Source: a virus (taxonomy: Duplodnaviria > Caudoviricetes). Taken from it: 25,756 nt of DNA. A program made the translations under genes and the position numbers. The stretch is from IMG/VR virus record IMGVR_UViG_3300034410_000162, positions 1 to 25,756 of that record; one strand, written 5' to 3'. This document shows, piece after piece, positions 6,670-16,140 of the stretch (the stretch's first letter is position 1; the number at the start of each line of letters is the position of its first letter). The notes under the pieces were generated by a model that was given only the letters and a program-made list of their open reading frames with translations, made no database searches and was not told where the DNA came from.

Positions 6670-8286
6670 ATGGCTATATTACCCATCCGCGACCTAGGCA
6701 GTGCCGGAACGGTAACAGATGTAAGCCCATACAACCTTCCTTTGAACGCCTTCTCGCGGTCGGTAAACATCCGCTTTGATGAGGGCAAGGCTCGTCGGTC
6801 TCCAATCTTTCGGACCATGTTGCCTAACCTCACATTCACTCCACGCTTCTGCTTTGGTATCGTTCCGTCTACAGGCTTTGACACTGTCGTTGTCGCCTCG
6901 GACGACTACCAACTGCACGAGTACGTCTCAGGCAGCATGAACAACCGTTCTGGTTCCATATCCTCGAATGTAGACCCCCGCCCCTTTACGTCTACCCAGT
7001 TAGCGAATGTATCCTACGTCAATCGCCCTGACAAAGTACCCAGCTTCCGAGGCCCTGGCGGCACTAACTTTGCTGCATTAAACAACTGGCCTAGCAACTA
7101 CCGCTGTGTGTCGCTGCGGTCGTTTGGTGACGTTCTGATTGCCTTGAACACCACAGAGGGTCCAACCTCGTTTCCTACGCGGGTGCGCTTTTCAGACATT
7201 ACATTGTCGAACACCGTCCCGACTACCTGGGACGAAAGCGACACCACCGCCTCAGCAGGTTTTAACGACTTAGTGCAAATGGATACACCTATTGTCGATG
7301 GTGGCACCCTCGGTTCCAACTTCATAATCTACAGCTCCACGCAAGTTTGGCTGATGGAGTTTACCGGCGGCACATTCTTGTACAACTTCCGTAAGCTTTA
7401 CACTGACTGCGGTTTGATTAACCAGAACTGCTACACAGAAGTTGACGGAAAGCATTTCGTTTTTGGCCCTCGGGACATCTACGTTCATGACGCTACATCC
7501 AAGCAGTCTATATGCGACGAGCGCGTCAAGCAGTTCATCTACCAAGGCCTCAACGTCTCCAAAGCTGACAGGTGCTTCGTACACCACAGCTCAGATCTAA
7601 ACTTGATTTACTTCTGCTATGTATCAGGTGATGAGCTTGTCGGCTTCCCTAATACGGATCGCTGTAACCGAGCTGCAGTATATAATTATAAGAATAATAC
7701 TTGGTCGTTTGCTGACCTGCCTGATGTTGCTGCGGCAAGCCTGGCTAACGTCAACACAGTAGAAACCTACGGCACTGCCTCCGGCCTAACCTACAACACT
7801 GTAGGCGGCTCGTACTACGACCAGGAAGACAGCTTTGCTCGTCACTCTGTGTTTGTGGGGCCCAGCAGCTCTGCCAACGGAATTACAAGTAACAAAATCT
7901 ACGTCATGGATTTGGCGGATGATGGTCAGGTGTCGTTTACTTATGATACTGAGGCTAACAAACCTGCCATGTTAGAGCGTGTAGGCATTGACCTGGATGA
8001 GGCTCAGAACGAGCTGAGAGGCTATAAGAACATTAGCCGCATCTACCCTCAGGCTATGACAAAGAACACTGACAACACGACTTTGTCGTTTCAGTTTGGG
8101 GCTGCGGATGTACCCAACGAGACACCCAACTACGACAACGCAGTCACCTTCGATCTCAGCCTTGACTACAAGATCGACACCAGAGCTGCCGGTCGATACC
8201 TGAGTTATAAGATCACAGTCGCTGATCAGAAAGACTTTGAGTTTAGTGGCTTTGATTTAGAAGTAACCGCCACCGGACGGAGGTAG
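6670..8286 (+). CDS. Tail nozzle / DNA stabilisation protein (functional analogue of P22 gp10 and T7 gp12)
   Basis: 538 aa, beta-rich and propeller-like (VRFSDI, TWD, AGFNDL, AVYNYKNNTWSF, RAAGRYLSYKI). Lies upstream of the ejection proteins. Confidence 0.75.
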   Translation: MAILPIRDLGSAGTVTDVSPYNLPLNAFSRSVNIRFDEGKARRSPIFRTMLPNLTFTPRFCFGIVPSTGFDTVVVASDDYQLHEYVSGSMNNRSGSISSNVDPRPFTSTQLANVSYVNRPDKVPSFRGPGGTNFAALNNWPSNYRCVSLRSFGDVLIALNTTEGPTSFPTRVRFSDITLSNTVPTTWDESDTTASAGFNDLVQMDTPIVDGGTLGSNFIIYSSTQVWLMEFTGGTFLYNFRKLYTDCGLINQNCYTEVDGKHFVFGPRDIYVHDATSKQSICDERVKQFIYQGLNVSKADRCFVHHSSDLNLIYFCYVSGDELVGFPNTDRCNRAAVYNYKNNTWSFADLPDVAAASLANVNTVETYGTASGLTYNTVGGSYYDQEDSFARHSVFVGPSSSANGITSNKIYVMDLADDGQVSFTYDTEANKPAMLERVGIDLDEAQNELRGYKNISRIYPQAMTKNTDNTTLSFQFGAADVPNETPNYDNAVTFDLSLDYKIDTRAAGRYLSYKITVADQKDFEFSGFDLEVTATGRR

Positions 8287-8292
8287 TACCAT

Positions 8293-8574
8293 ATGGCTAT
8301 CAATGAAAAGCAGGACTTGATCGTCAATAACTACACTCGTGGGCAATACCCAGTCCTCAGCGAAGACGATGCTCGGCGTTATATACAAGACGAGCTGCAG
8401 CGGATTGAGGTTTTCTCGAGACAAGCCGCTGAGGCTTTAATCCAAGTGGCTGACCAAGCCCCCGCTAACCCACTTAAGGGCATGGTGCGTTACGCCGTTA
8501 GCCCTTGGGACCCATTAGGAAATGGCACAACCGGCCTAATGGTTTACAACGGCACCGCATGGGTCGCCGTATAG
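8293..8574 (+). CDS. Small tail-associated protein
   Basis: 93 aa; helix YIQDELQRIE then PANPLKGMVRYA...WDP...GLMVYNGTAW. GGAGG upstream; follows the nozzle gene. Confidence 0.7.
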   Translation: MAINEKQDLIVNNYTRGQYPVLSEDDARRYIQDELQRIEVFSRQAAEALIQVADQAPANPLKGMVRYAVSPWDPLGNGTTGLMVYNGTAWVAV

Positions 8575-9107
8575 ACCGCCTGGCACCGGCTTTAGCCCTT
8601 GGAGATGAGTACAGATCATTTCTCAAGCACAAGGCCGACCAGGGAGCCTTCCGAGATGCGCTTATGCGCTTCCAGGGGGCAGTAGAAGAGAGCGATGACC
8701 GTCTAGGTCACAACGCAATGGCTGCGATGGTACCTGTTACGCATAATTTTGCGGATGGTCAGTATATAAGACAGATGGACATGGCGGCTGGCACGATTGT
8801 TGTCGGTCATATACACGCCAGAAACCACCCCTACTTCATTACCAAGGGTGATTTGTCGATAATAACAGAACAAGACGGAGAGCAGAGGATACAGGCCCCT
8901 CACAACGGCATAACATTAGCCGGAACCAAGCGTATCTTATACGCGCATGAGGACAGTACTCTGATTACGGTACATCGAACCGACAATCTTGACGTTAATG
9001 AGATTGAACGTGAGGTCCTGGCTAAGAGCTTCGATGATCTCGAGCTCACTCCCATGCAAACCGAGCACATAGAGGCTCTCATAAATAAAATCGGAGAAAG
9101 CAAATGA
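8559..9107 (+). CDS. Cupin-fold protein
   Basis: HNFADGQYIRQMDMAAGTIVVGHIHARNHPYFITKG...AGTKRILYAHED. ATG 8559 overlaps the previous gene's end; start uncertain. Confidence 0.75.
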   Translation: MGRRIDRLAPALALGDEYRSFLKHKADQGAFRDALMRFQGAVEESDDRLGHNAMAAMVPVTHNFADGQYIRQMDMAAGTIVVGHIHARNHPYFITKGDLSIITEQDGEQRIQAPHNGITLAGTKRILYAHEDSTLITVHRTDNLDVNEIEREVLAKSFDDLELTPMQTEHIEALINKIGESK

Positions 9108-10180
9108 GTTTTGCAATAACAGCAGCAGTAGTAGGCGGCGCAGCCTCTTATGCTGGAGCAAGCAAGCAAGCAGATGCCGCAGATGCAGCCTCACGCCGCC
9201 AAATGGCTGGCTTTGAGCTGTCTAAACCGTTTGTGGAACGGATGTACAGCAACTCGGAAGATTATCTTAACGACAGTCTGCAGTATGGTAATTATAAGGG
9301 CCAAACATTAGCGGGTTTTAACCCGTTCTCCCAGCAAGGTTACAACTATCTAGGTAACACTTCTCAGCAGATGATGGGTCAACCTGCAAACTTCATGCAG
9401 ACGACCGGCAATTTCGCTAACAACGCTGCAGGTTTGTACGACCAGGCTCAAAGAGGCGAGACTTTAGACAACGCAACTGCATATGCCACCAACCCAGCCA
9501 ACTACGGTTCTCTTTTGGATGCAGCAATGCGCGATGACACGCGCAGACTGCAAGAGCAGACGCTGCCTGGTATCAACCAGTCTGCCATGGCTAGCAGTAA
9601 CGTCAACGGCTCTCGCGCGGGTGTTGCTGATGCAATCGCTCTTCGCTCTTACGATGATCGTCGGGCTGATGTTGGGGCTAACATTCAGCAGCAACTGATG
9701 GATCGCAGCATTCAACAGCAGAACCAAGATTATTCTAATGCAGTCTCAGCTAACAACAACCTGGCATCGATTTACGGCAATGCATTCGGTATGCAGGGTC
9801 AAATCGGCGACCGCATGGCGGGTGCAGGTGCTGGGCTACAGGCGCGTGAAGCGGCTGAGCTTCAAGATCAGCGTTCTCGTTTCGAACAAGACCGCGATTT
9901 CGGTATGGATCAGTATATCAAATACAATGCTGGCATCTTGAACAACGCACAGATGCAATCACCTCAGAACCCTGTCGTTAACACTGTTGACCCGACTGCT
10001 GCTGCACTTGGCGGCGCAATGTCTGCCTATGGTTTGGCTGGTGGTTTCAATTCTGGCGGGGGCAATCCCTTTGGTAGCTTGCAAACCGGCCCCACAGCGC
10101 AAGCTAGCGGTCAAACGTATGCCCAGCAACCAAATGGTCGGTTTGTAAACCAACGCTTTGTAAACATGGGAGGCAACTAA
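9104..10180 (+). CDS. Ejection / internal virion protein 1
   Basis: Gly/Ala N-terminus (AAVVGGAASYAGASKQA), Gln/Asn/Ala-rich helical body, NGSRAGVA motif. GGAGA SD; position typical of DNA-transfer proteins. Confidence 0.7.
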   Translation: MSFAITAAVVGGAASYAGASKQADAADAASRRQMAGFELSKPFVERMYSNSEDYLNDSLQYGNYKGQTLAGFNPFSQQGYNYLGNTSQQMMGQPANFMQTTGNFANNAAGLYDQAQRGETLDNATAYATNPANYGSLLDAAMRDDTRRLQEQTLPGINQSAMASSNVNGSRAGVADAIALRSYDDRRADVGANIQQQLMDRSIQQQNQDYSNAVSANNNLASIYGNAFGMQGQIGDRMAGAGAGLQAREAAELQDQRSRFEQDRDFGMDQYIKYNAGILNNAQMQSPQNPVVNTVDPTAAALGGAMSAYGLAGGFNSGGGNPFGSLQTGPTAQASGQTYAQQPNGRFVNQRFVNMGGN

Positions 10181-10181
10181 G

Positions 10182-11333
10182 ATGGCACTACCTTTACTCC
10201 CCTTAATTAAAGGCATCGGCCTTTTAGGTCTTGGCGGCACGGCTCTTGGGACTGCTACTACAGGTATGAACCACCTGGCTCAGGGAGCTCCCCAAACGGA
10301 TGTTAACGTACCCCCAGCGTTGATGCCTACCACGGCAACCCCAATGCCCATGCTAAACAATCCGTCAGCAATGGCTCGCTTTGGTGTGCCAATGGCACCA
10401 GTACCGCCGAAGCAAAACATCGGAACTAATGAAATGCTGGCGCGAGCTGGTGGCGCGATTATGTCCAACGCTGCAAAAGGCGGTCCCGCCGCTTATGGCG
10501 CAGGTCTCGAAGCCTATGGCGATATGATGGACAAGAACCGCGAGATGGAGCGTTTGAGTGCTGTCGATCAGTACAATGCTGCTGCCGCTCAGCAAAGTGC
10601 ATTAGGCAAAATGAAGCCACCTGTAGCTCCTATGGGTGCTGAATACACCACTGCAGCCCTGACTGCTATTGAGGGTATCGAGAACGCTGTTGCAAAAGCT
10701 GAAGCGTCCGGCATGAACCCATTTGATGATGTGACAGGCATCATGGGCACAATAATGAAGTACTATCCAGGCTCCAATTCCAATGACGTTTCTTCTCTGA
10801 TCGAGACTGTCGTGTCTTCTGTTGGTTTCGACCGACTGCAAGCCATGCGTGATGCATCTCCAACTGGCGGTGCGTTGGGTCAAGTGTCTGAAGTAGAATT
10901 GAGACAGCTTAACGCTTCTATCGCTAACTTACGTCAGTCTCAGGGTACACCACAGTTTAAGAAGAACCTGAGCATCGTCAGACGACAGCTCGAGCGCACT
11001 GTTTACTTCATGAACCTGCGCGTCCAGCAGTACAATGACGAAATGAGGGGTATTGTTCGTTCATCTAACACTACCTCTGATCAGCTTTATTCTACCTACA
11101 ATCAATATAGAGGCGGTGGAGCTGCACAACCCGCACAACCCGCACAACCTGCCGTACCAGGAACGCAAGCTCAGAATCCTGCTGCTGCCGCTGCTGCTAA
11201 TCCAGCTCCCGCCGCTGCTCCTGCAGCTCCTGGCATCACTAATATGGCACCAGCAGCTCCTGCAGCTCCCCAGCAGCAGCCTCCAACTCTGACGACTCAA
11301 GGCGGTGTCCAGTACCGCCCACTCCCTCAGTAG
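10182..11333 (+). CDS. Ejection / internal virion protein 2 (P22 gp20-like DNA transfer protein)
   Basis: GFDRLQAMRDASPTGGALGQVSEVELRQL motif, hydrophobic Gly-rich N-terminus and Pro/Ala/Gln-rich tail. Confidence 0.7.
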   Translation: MALPLLPLIKGIGLLGLGGTALGTATTGMNHLAQGAPQTDVNVPPALMPTTATPMPMLNNPSAMARFGVPMAPVPPKQNIGTNEMLARAGGAIMSNAAKGGPAAYGAGLEAYGDMMDKNREMERLSAVDQYNAAAAQQSALGKMKPPVAPMGAEYTTAALTAIEGIENAVAKAEASGMNPFDDVTGIMGTIMKYYPGSNSNDVSSLIETVVSSVGFDRLQAMRDASPTGGALGQVSEVELRQLNASIANLRQSQGTPQFKKNLSIVRRQLERTVYFMNLRVQQYNDEMRGIVRSSNTTSDQLYSTYNQYRGGGAAQPAQPAQPAVPGTQAQNPAAAAAANPAPAAAPAAPGITNMAPAAPAAPQQQPPTLTTQGGVQYRPLPQ

Positions 11334-11373
11334 CCCTAATACTCTCATCATTTTAAGAGCGAGGTGCTTATAG

Positions 11374-14300
11374 ATGGCAATCTATGAGATCAATGGTGCT
11401 CGTTATGAAATTGACGATACCAATCTAAACCAACAACAGCTCGAAGCTGCTGTCGAAGAGATCGCAGCCCAACCCCGTGACAGTGCTCTAGGATACAGTG
11501 TCGATCAGGCACAGATGTTAGGATACAAAGGTACTGAAGCTTTCGGTAGTGCATTACAAGGCCTCGGCCTCGACACTGTAGGATCCGCGTTGCAAGGCTT
11601 TGGAGCTCGTGGAGTAGCTCAGCAGGAAGAAGACATTGCTCGTGGTAATTACCAGGCTCAATACACTGGATCACTCTTAGAACAAGATGATATCGGCGAT
11701 GCCGCTGGATGGCTCCTAGAAGGTATGCAAGCTAATGCTGCCTCTGGTGGATTTGCCTTGGCAGGTACCGCCGCCGCTGCCGTAGCTGGGCTTGTTAGCG
11801 CACCGGCAGCGATGCTTCTGGGGGGCGCAACCCTCGCTGGTTCCTTCTTAATGGGAACAGGCGAAAGCGCATTAGAACAAGAAGAAAAGACAGGAAACTA
11901 CGACAGCTCTGTTGCCCTGGGCACAGGTGCCTTGATTGGTTTCTTAGATCGGTTCGGTGCCGGTCGCGTGTTCAGCCCTAGCGAGCTGGGCAAGATGTCA
12001 GTCAAAGAGCTTTACGAAAAGCTAGCCAAGAAAGGCTACACCGAGGCAGCTCAAGAAGTTGCAAAAGAGATCGGCAAGAAGGCCGTGACTGAGGGCGTAA
12101 CCGAAGCAACACAAGAAGCTGCAATCATAGGCTCTGCCGCTAGTCAGGGCGGTCAGTATACAGCCGGTGAAGTAGGCAACCGCCTAGTCGATGCTGCTGC
12201 GCTGGGCACGGGCTTTGGTGGAACTGCCGCAACAGCTCAGACGACTGTGCAAGGTGCTGCTCAGGCTGCTGGCTTTGCCAAGTCTTCTACACAGCGTCAA
12301 GCTGATACACTTTCTAACGCCGCAGCGACTATGCTTGAGCGCGGTATGGATACCGGCGATCAGGCGATGATTGATAAGGCTAAAGAAGCTGGCTTTGCAA
12401 TTGAGTCAGCCAAGAATGGTGACTTAGCTCCGCTGAAGAAGCTTGCTGTAGAAGAACAAGAAAACAACGACCCGTCCGAATTAGCTAAAGCAAGCTTTGC
12501 TCAGCGTCTGCAGGGCATCATTGATGACGAGTCAGCAAGTGACCAGCCGTTTGATGTCGAGAACATTGACGTAAATGATGCTCAAAGTGCTCGCGGTATT
12601 GTGGACTCAGCGCACGGATCGATTAAGGAAGGCATTAACAACTTAAAAGCAATCCTTAAAGAAGGCGGCACTCTGGCTGATGGCACTTCATATGCTGGCC
12701 TGAACCCTCAAAACGCTAAGACCTTTGACGAGCTGATGCAGCGCGTCGAGGCGATGGTTGGCGTTAATATGGCAAAGAATAAAGTCAAGAAGACCATTAC
12801 TGAGAAGCAGGTCGGAAAGATCAAAGAGCTTGTCGGAGACACCCAAGAGGGTCAGCAGCTCGTTAACCTAATTCGCGAAAGCGTTGTCCTGACCGACTTA
12901 CACAATCAGGGTTACCAGGGCGGTCTTAGTAAAATCACAGACAAGCTAAACCCATTTGCCCCAACCGGCTCCTACAACACTTCAGCACTCGTTCAAGCGG
13001 CGGTCCGTGCAGGTGTAACAGGTGCCGCTGCCGCAGGTACAGGCGGCATGAGCTTGGCAATCCAGCTTCCTATCGTCGGTTTTGGTCGTTTGTATGATGC
13101 CCTAGGTGGTGACCGCAGCACTGTGTCATCGTTTATCCGTGACAACAAAGCTGGCGATGTTCTACCGGAACCAACGCCTCCTAGTATTGTTGCAGACCAA
13201 GCCGCAGCTCAACAACGTCGAGAACAAGTCTCAGCAGCTATGCAGCCACTATTAAACCAAGGCAAGAAACCCTCTGGCGGTCCTGTTGCTAAGGTAATTG
13301 AAAGGGCTCAGGAACAGTTAGTAGGGATCGAGGTAACGCAGGACGATTATGATGCGGCTGTTGATTACCAAATCGCTACGGTTACTACTCCTTTGCAAAA
13401 AGAAGTCTTCCAAGACATTAAGGAACGCAAGTACAGAGACCAGATGCCCGAAGATGCTATGGCTGTTCTTACAGAAACAATCGTAACAATGAAAGATGGC
13501 GAGGCACAGGCTGCACAAAACCGGCTGCGTAAATCTCAAGAAGCTATGATTGCGTTCGAACGAAACCAGCGCATTGAGCAAGGCAAAGCCGACAACCGCG
13601 CAGCAGTGCAAAATCTCCTCGATCAGCTCAACGCTGACAACGTGATCAACAAAGGCCACAAGGCGCAGCTCCAAAGTGCTTTGTCAGGTACCTTCCTGCG
13701 TGACCTCGGTCGCAACCCAATGGCGACTGTCGAGAACACCATCAAGGATCTGCAGGACAATGGTGTACCGCAAGAAGCGATCGACACCTACATCATGCCC
13801 TACGTCCAGCGCGTTGCACGTCAGCAGGACTCACGCCCTCAAGAGTTTACTGAGGAAAGCACTGTATTGGAACGCGAGCCGGTTGAAGCTGCACCGCGTC
13901 GAGCACATAGAGAAATCGGTGAGCTTCTAACTCAGCAGCAGCTCGATAAGTACGGCAAGCCTCTGGAGCCAATGGGTGACGAGGCTGACTTTACTACCTT
14001 AGTCGATGCAATGACTGAAGAGGCTGAATACCAGCTCGCTCAAACTCCTGATGCTGTAACGTGGTATGCGGATGACATTGACACAGCCATGAATACGACA
14101 AACGAGTACATGCCTAGGCTGTTCGACAGTGCCGACAATCGGCAGATTATGTTTGTCTTAGCTGCACTGACATCTGTTGGACATACGCCTACCATCAACT
14201 GGCGATATGCTTCTGACCTGATGCGTCATTATATAGATACAGGTGAGATTGGTATTATAGACACTGCCGAGCAGTTTCAGAAGAAAGACCGCTTTGGCAA

Positions 14301-16140
14301 GCCCCGCATGGTTAACCCACAGACTAGAAGCCTGTTCGGGCTAAAGTCAGGAAGTGTCGAGCCTGGTTTGAAGATCTTCCGGCATATGCTGGAGACTAGG
14401 GGTGTAAAAGACACGCTGGATTTCTTATACAGTAACCAGAAGAAATCAGACATCGACGCTATCCGTAAGGAAGCCGGTTTTGGGCCGCAGGGTAAAATCA
14501 AAGGCGGCAAGAATGCTGAGGTGCCTGGTATCTTTATGTTTGGGCCAAAGGTTGGGCCTTTCTTTCTCAACCTAAATGGCATTAACGAAGTTACAGTAGA
14601 CGTTTGGGCTACTCGCACCTATCGTAGATACACTGGCGATCTTCTTAAGAAAGATGCTAGCGATGGTAACGGCTTAAACGAACAGCCAAACGAAGTTGAG
14701 CGTCCTACTATGAAAGAGGCGTTTACCGAAGTTGGTAACCGACTAAATATAACTCCACAAGCTGCTCAGGCCCTCTTGTGGTACTATGAACAAGGCCTAT
14801 ATAGAGATTATGGTGCAACAGTTAAGAGTGAAAGCTTTAGTAATGCAGCAGAAACGTACAAACAGAGACTGGGCGCAGAGCAAGGAAGCGGGGGAACTGC
14901 TGAGAGCATCTCGGGAACTGCTGGAGGCATCCTATCGGAACAATCAGCCCAACCCGAGCTCCCAGGCATCCTCGCCGAGCCGCAGGGAAGTACCCAACCC
15001 GCCGAGCCTGTTCAAGAAGCAGTAGTACCTACTACTCGCCAGATAGCAGCTCAAGAAGATAACGCTAAGCCTCTCTTTGAAGTAGGAAAGCGCGGCGGTG
15101 AGTTCCAGAACGGTATTAACAAAACCGAAGACCTACAGCGTTTAGCTAAGGCTCTTGGTATTGTCGTTAAGACCTTCCAGTCTATGGCGGCGATGAACCG
15201 TGATCGTGGATCTAACGGCAAGTCTGGTAGAACGACTATGGGCGTAGCTACGATTGCACATCGCGGCGCACAACCTCCTAAAATCTCCATTATGGAGCCA
15301 GGCTTTCCACGTCGGCGTAAAAACAACAGTTACCCCGTACAAACTAAAGAAGACTTTATTACAACATTTGCCCATGAAATCGCCCATGTAATAGAGGCTC
15401 TGAATATGAGCACGGCGACACCGGAGGCGGCTCTACAGTTTTACGAGCCAAATGTACGAAGAAGTCCAATTGCGACTGACCAGTATTGGGTCAATAGCGG
15501 CTCGTTCCGCGAGGCTCTTCTCGATCTAGTTCGTTATGCTCACGGAGAAGGTGACAAGTATGCTTTGCCGGAGGGATGGACACAAGAGGACGCTAAGCTC
15601 GTCGAAGAAGAAATAAAGTTTCTTCAAGACTACGCTATGGTCAATGTTGACATAGGCGATGGCAGAAGTGTTACCTCCTTTGTTCGCGGCCCATTCGGTG
15701 CCGACCCTGAGGCCTTTGTGGAGGCTTCTTTGGAGAAGTACCGTGAGGCTAGGGAACAGTTTATTAAAGATGGTATTGATCCCAACAGGATAGTCAGCGA
15801 GGCTGAGTATGCTTCCGAGGCGCGTCGAAGAGCAACGCAAGCTCGAGACAGTTACATCCGTAACCCAGCCGAGTTTGCTGTAGATCCGATCTGGACGTAC
15901 ATAGTCGATCCTGCTTTTGCACGAGACACTATGCCTAAGACAACTGAGTTCATCCGTAAGCTCTTAAACAATAGCGGCTTTAGTAAGAACACGATTAAGT
16001 TCTATTCATCACCTATGGCAACAATAATGGCTGTCGCTTTGGCAGTACTCGCAGCCAATGGCGGCGAAGAACCAGAAGAGCAGCCTATCCCACCAGGCGC
16101 GTTGTCGCCTCAAGGGCAGGGGGCTCTTTCGGTTATATGA
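11374..16140 (+). CDS. Large ejection protein with C-terminal HhH glycosylase-like and zincin metallopeptidase domains (polyvalent-type)
   Basis: 1588 aa with GAGGTG SD. Gly/Ala hydrophobic segments in the N-terminal part; GPKVG...VTVDVW..R...AQALLW at aa 1057-1136; HEIAH at aa 1334-1338; YIRNPAEFA near aa 1500. Confidence 0.8.
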   Translation: MAIYEINGARYEIDDTNLNQQQLEAAVEEIAAQPRDSALGYSVDQAQMLGYKGTEAFGSALQGLGLDTVGSALQGFGARGVAQQEEDIARGNYQAQYTGSLLEQDDIGDAAGWLLEGMQANAASGGFALAGTAAAAVAGLVSAPAAMLLGGATLAGSFLMGTGESALEQEEKTGNYDSSVALGTGALIGFLDRFGAGRVFSPSELGKMSVKELYEKLAKKGYTEAAQEVAKEIGKKAVTEGVTEATQEAAIIGSAASQGGQYTAGEVGNRLVDAAALGTGFGGTAATAQTTVQGAAQAAGFAKSSTQRQADTLSNAAATMLERGMDTGDQAMIDKAKEAGFAIESAKNGDLAPLKKLAVEEQENNDPSELAKASFAQRLQGIIDDESASDQPFDVENIDVNDAQSARGIVDSAHGSIKEGINNLKAILKEGGTLADGTSYAGLNPQNAKTFDELMQRVEAMVGVNMAKNKVKKTITEKQVGKIKELVGDTQEGQQLVNLIRESVVLTDLHNQGYQGGLSKITDKLNPFAPTGSYNTSALVQAAVRAGVTGAAAAGTGGMSLAIQLPIVGFGRLYDALGGDRSTVSSFIRDNKAGDVLPEPTPPSIVADQAAAQQRREQVSAAMQPLLNQGKKPSGGPVAKVIERAQEQLVGIEVTQDDYDAAVDYQIATVTTPLQKEVFQDIKERKYRDQMPEDAMAVLTETIVTMKDGEAQAAQNRLRKSQEAMIAFERNQRIEQGKADNRAAVQNLLDQLNADNVINKGHKAQLQSALSGTFLRDLGRNPMATVENTIKDLQDNGVPQEAIDTYIMPYVQRVARQQDSRPQEFTEESTVLEREPVEAAPRRAHREIGELLTQQQLDKYGKPLEPMGDEADFTTLVDAMTEEAEYQLAQTPDAVTWYADDIDTAMNTTNEYMPRLFDSADNRQIMFVLAALTSVGHTPTINWRYASDLMRHYIDTGEIGIIDTAEQFQKKDRFGKPRMVNPQTRSLFGLKSGSVEPGLKIFRHMLETRGVKDTLDFLYSNQKKSDIDAIRKEAGFGPQGKIKGGKNAEVPGIFMFGPKVGPFFLNLNGINEVTVDVWATRTYRRYTGDLLKKDASDGNGLNEQPNEVERPTMKEAFTEVGNRLNITPQAAQALLWYYEQGLYRDYGATVKSESFSNAAETYKQRLGAEQGSGGTAESISGTAGGILSEQSAQPELPGILAEPQGSTQPAEPVQEAVVPTTRQIAAQEDNAKPLFEVGKRGGEFQNGINKTEDLQRLAKALGIVVKTFQSMAAMNRDRGSNGKSGRTTMGVATIAHRGAQPPKISIMEPGFPRRRKNNSYPVQTKEDFITTFAHEIAHVIEALNMSTATPEAALQFYEPNVRRSPIATDQYWVNSGSFREALLDLVRYAHGEGDKYALPEGWTQEDAKLVEEEIKFLQDYAMVNVDIGDGRSVTSFVRGPFGADPEAFVEASLEKYREAREQFIKDGIDPNRIVSEAEYASEARRRATQARDSYIRNPAEFAVDPIWTYIVDPAFARDTMPKTTEFIRKLLNNSGFSKNTIKFYSSPMATIMAVALAVLAANGGEEPEEQPIPPGALSPQGQGALSVI

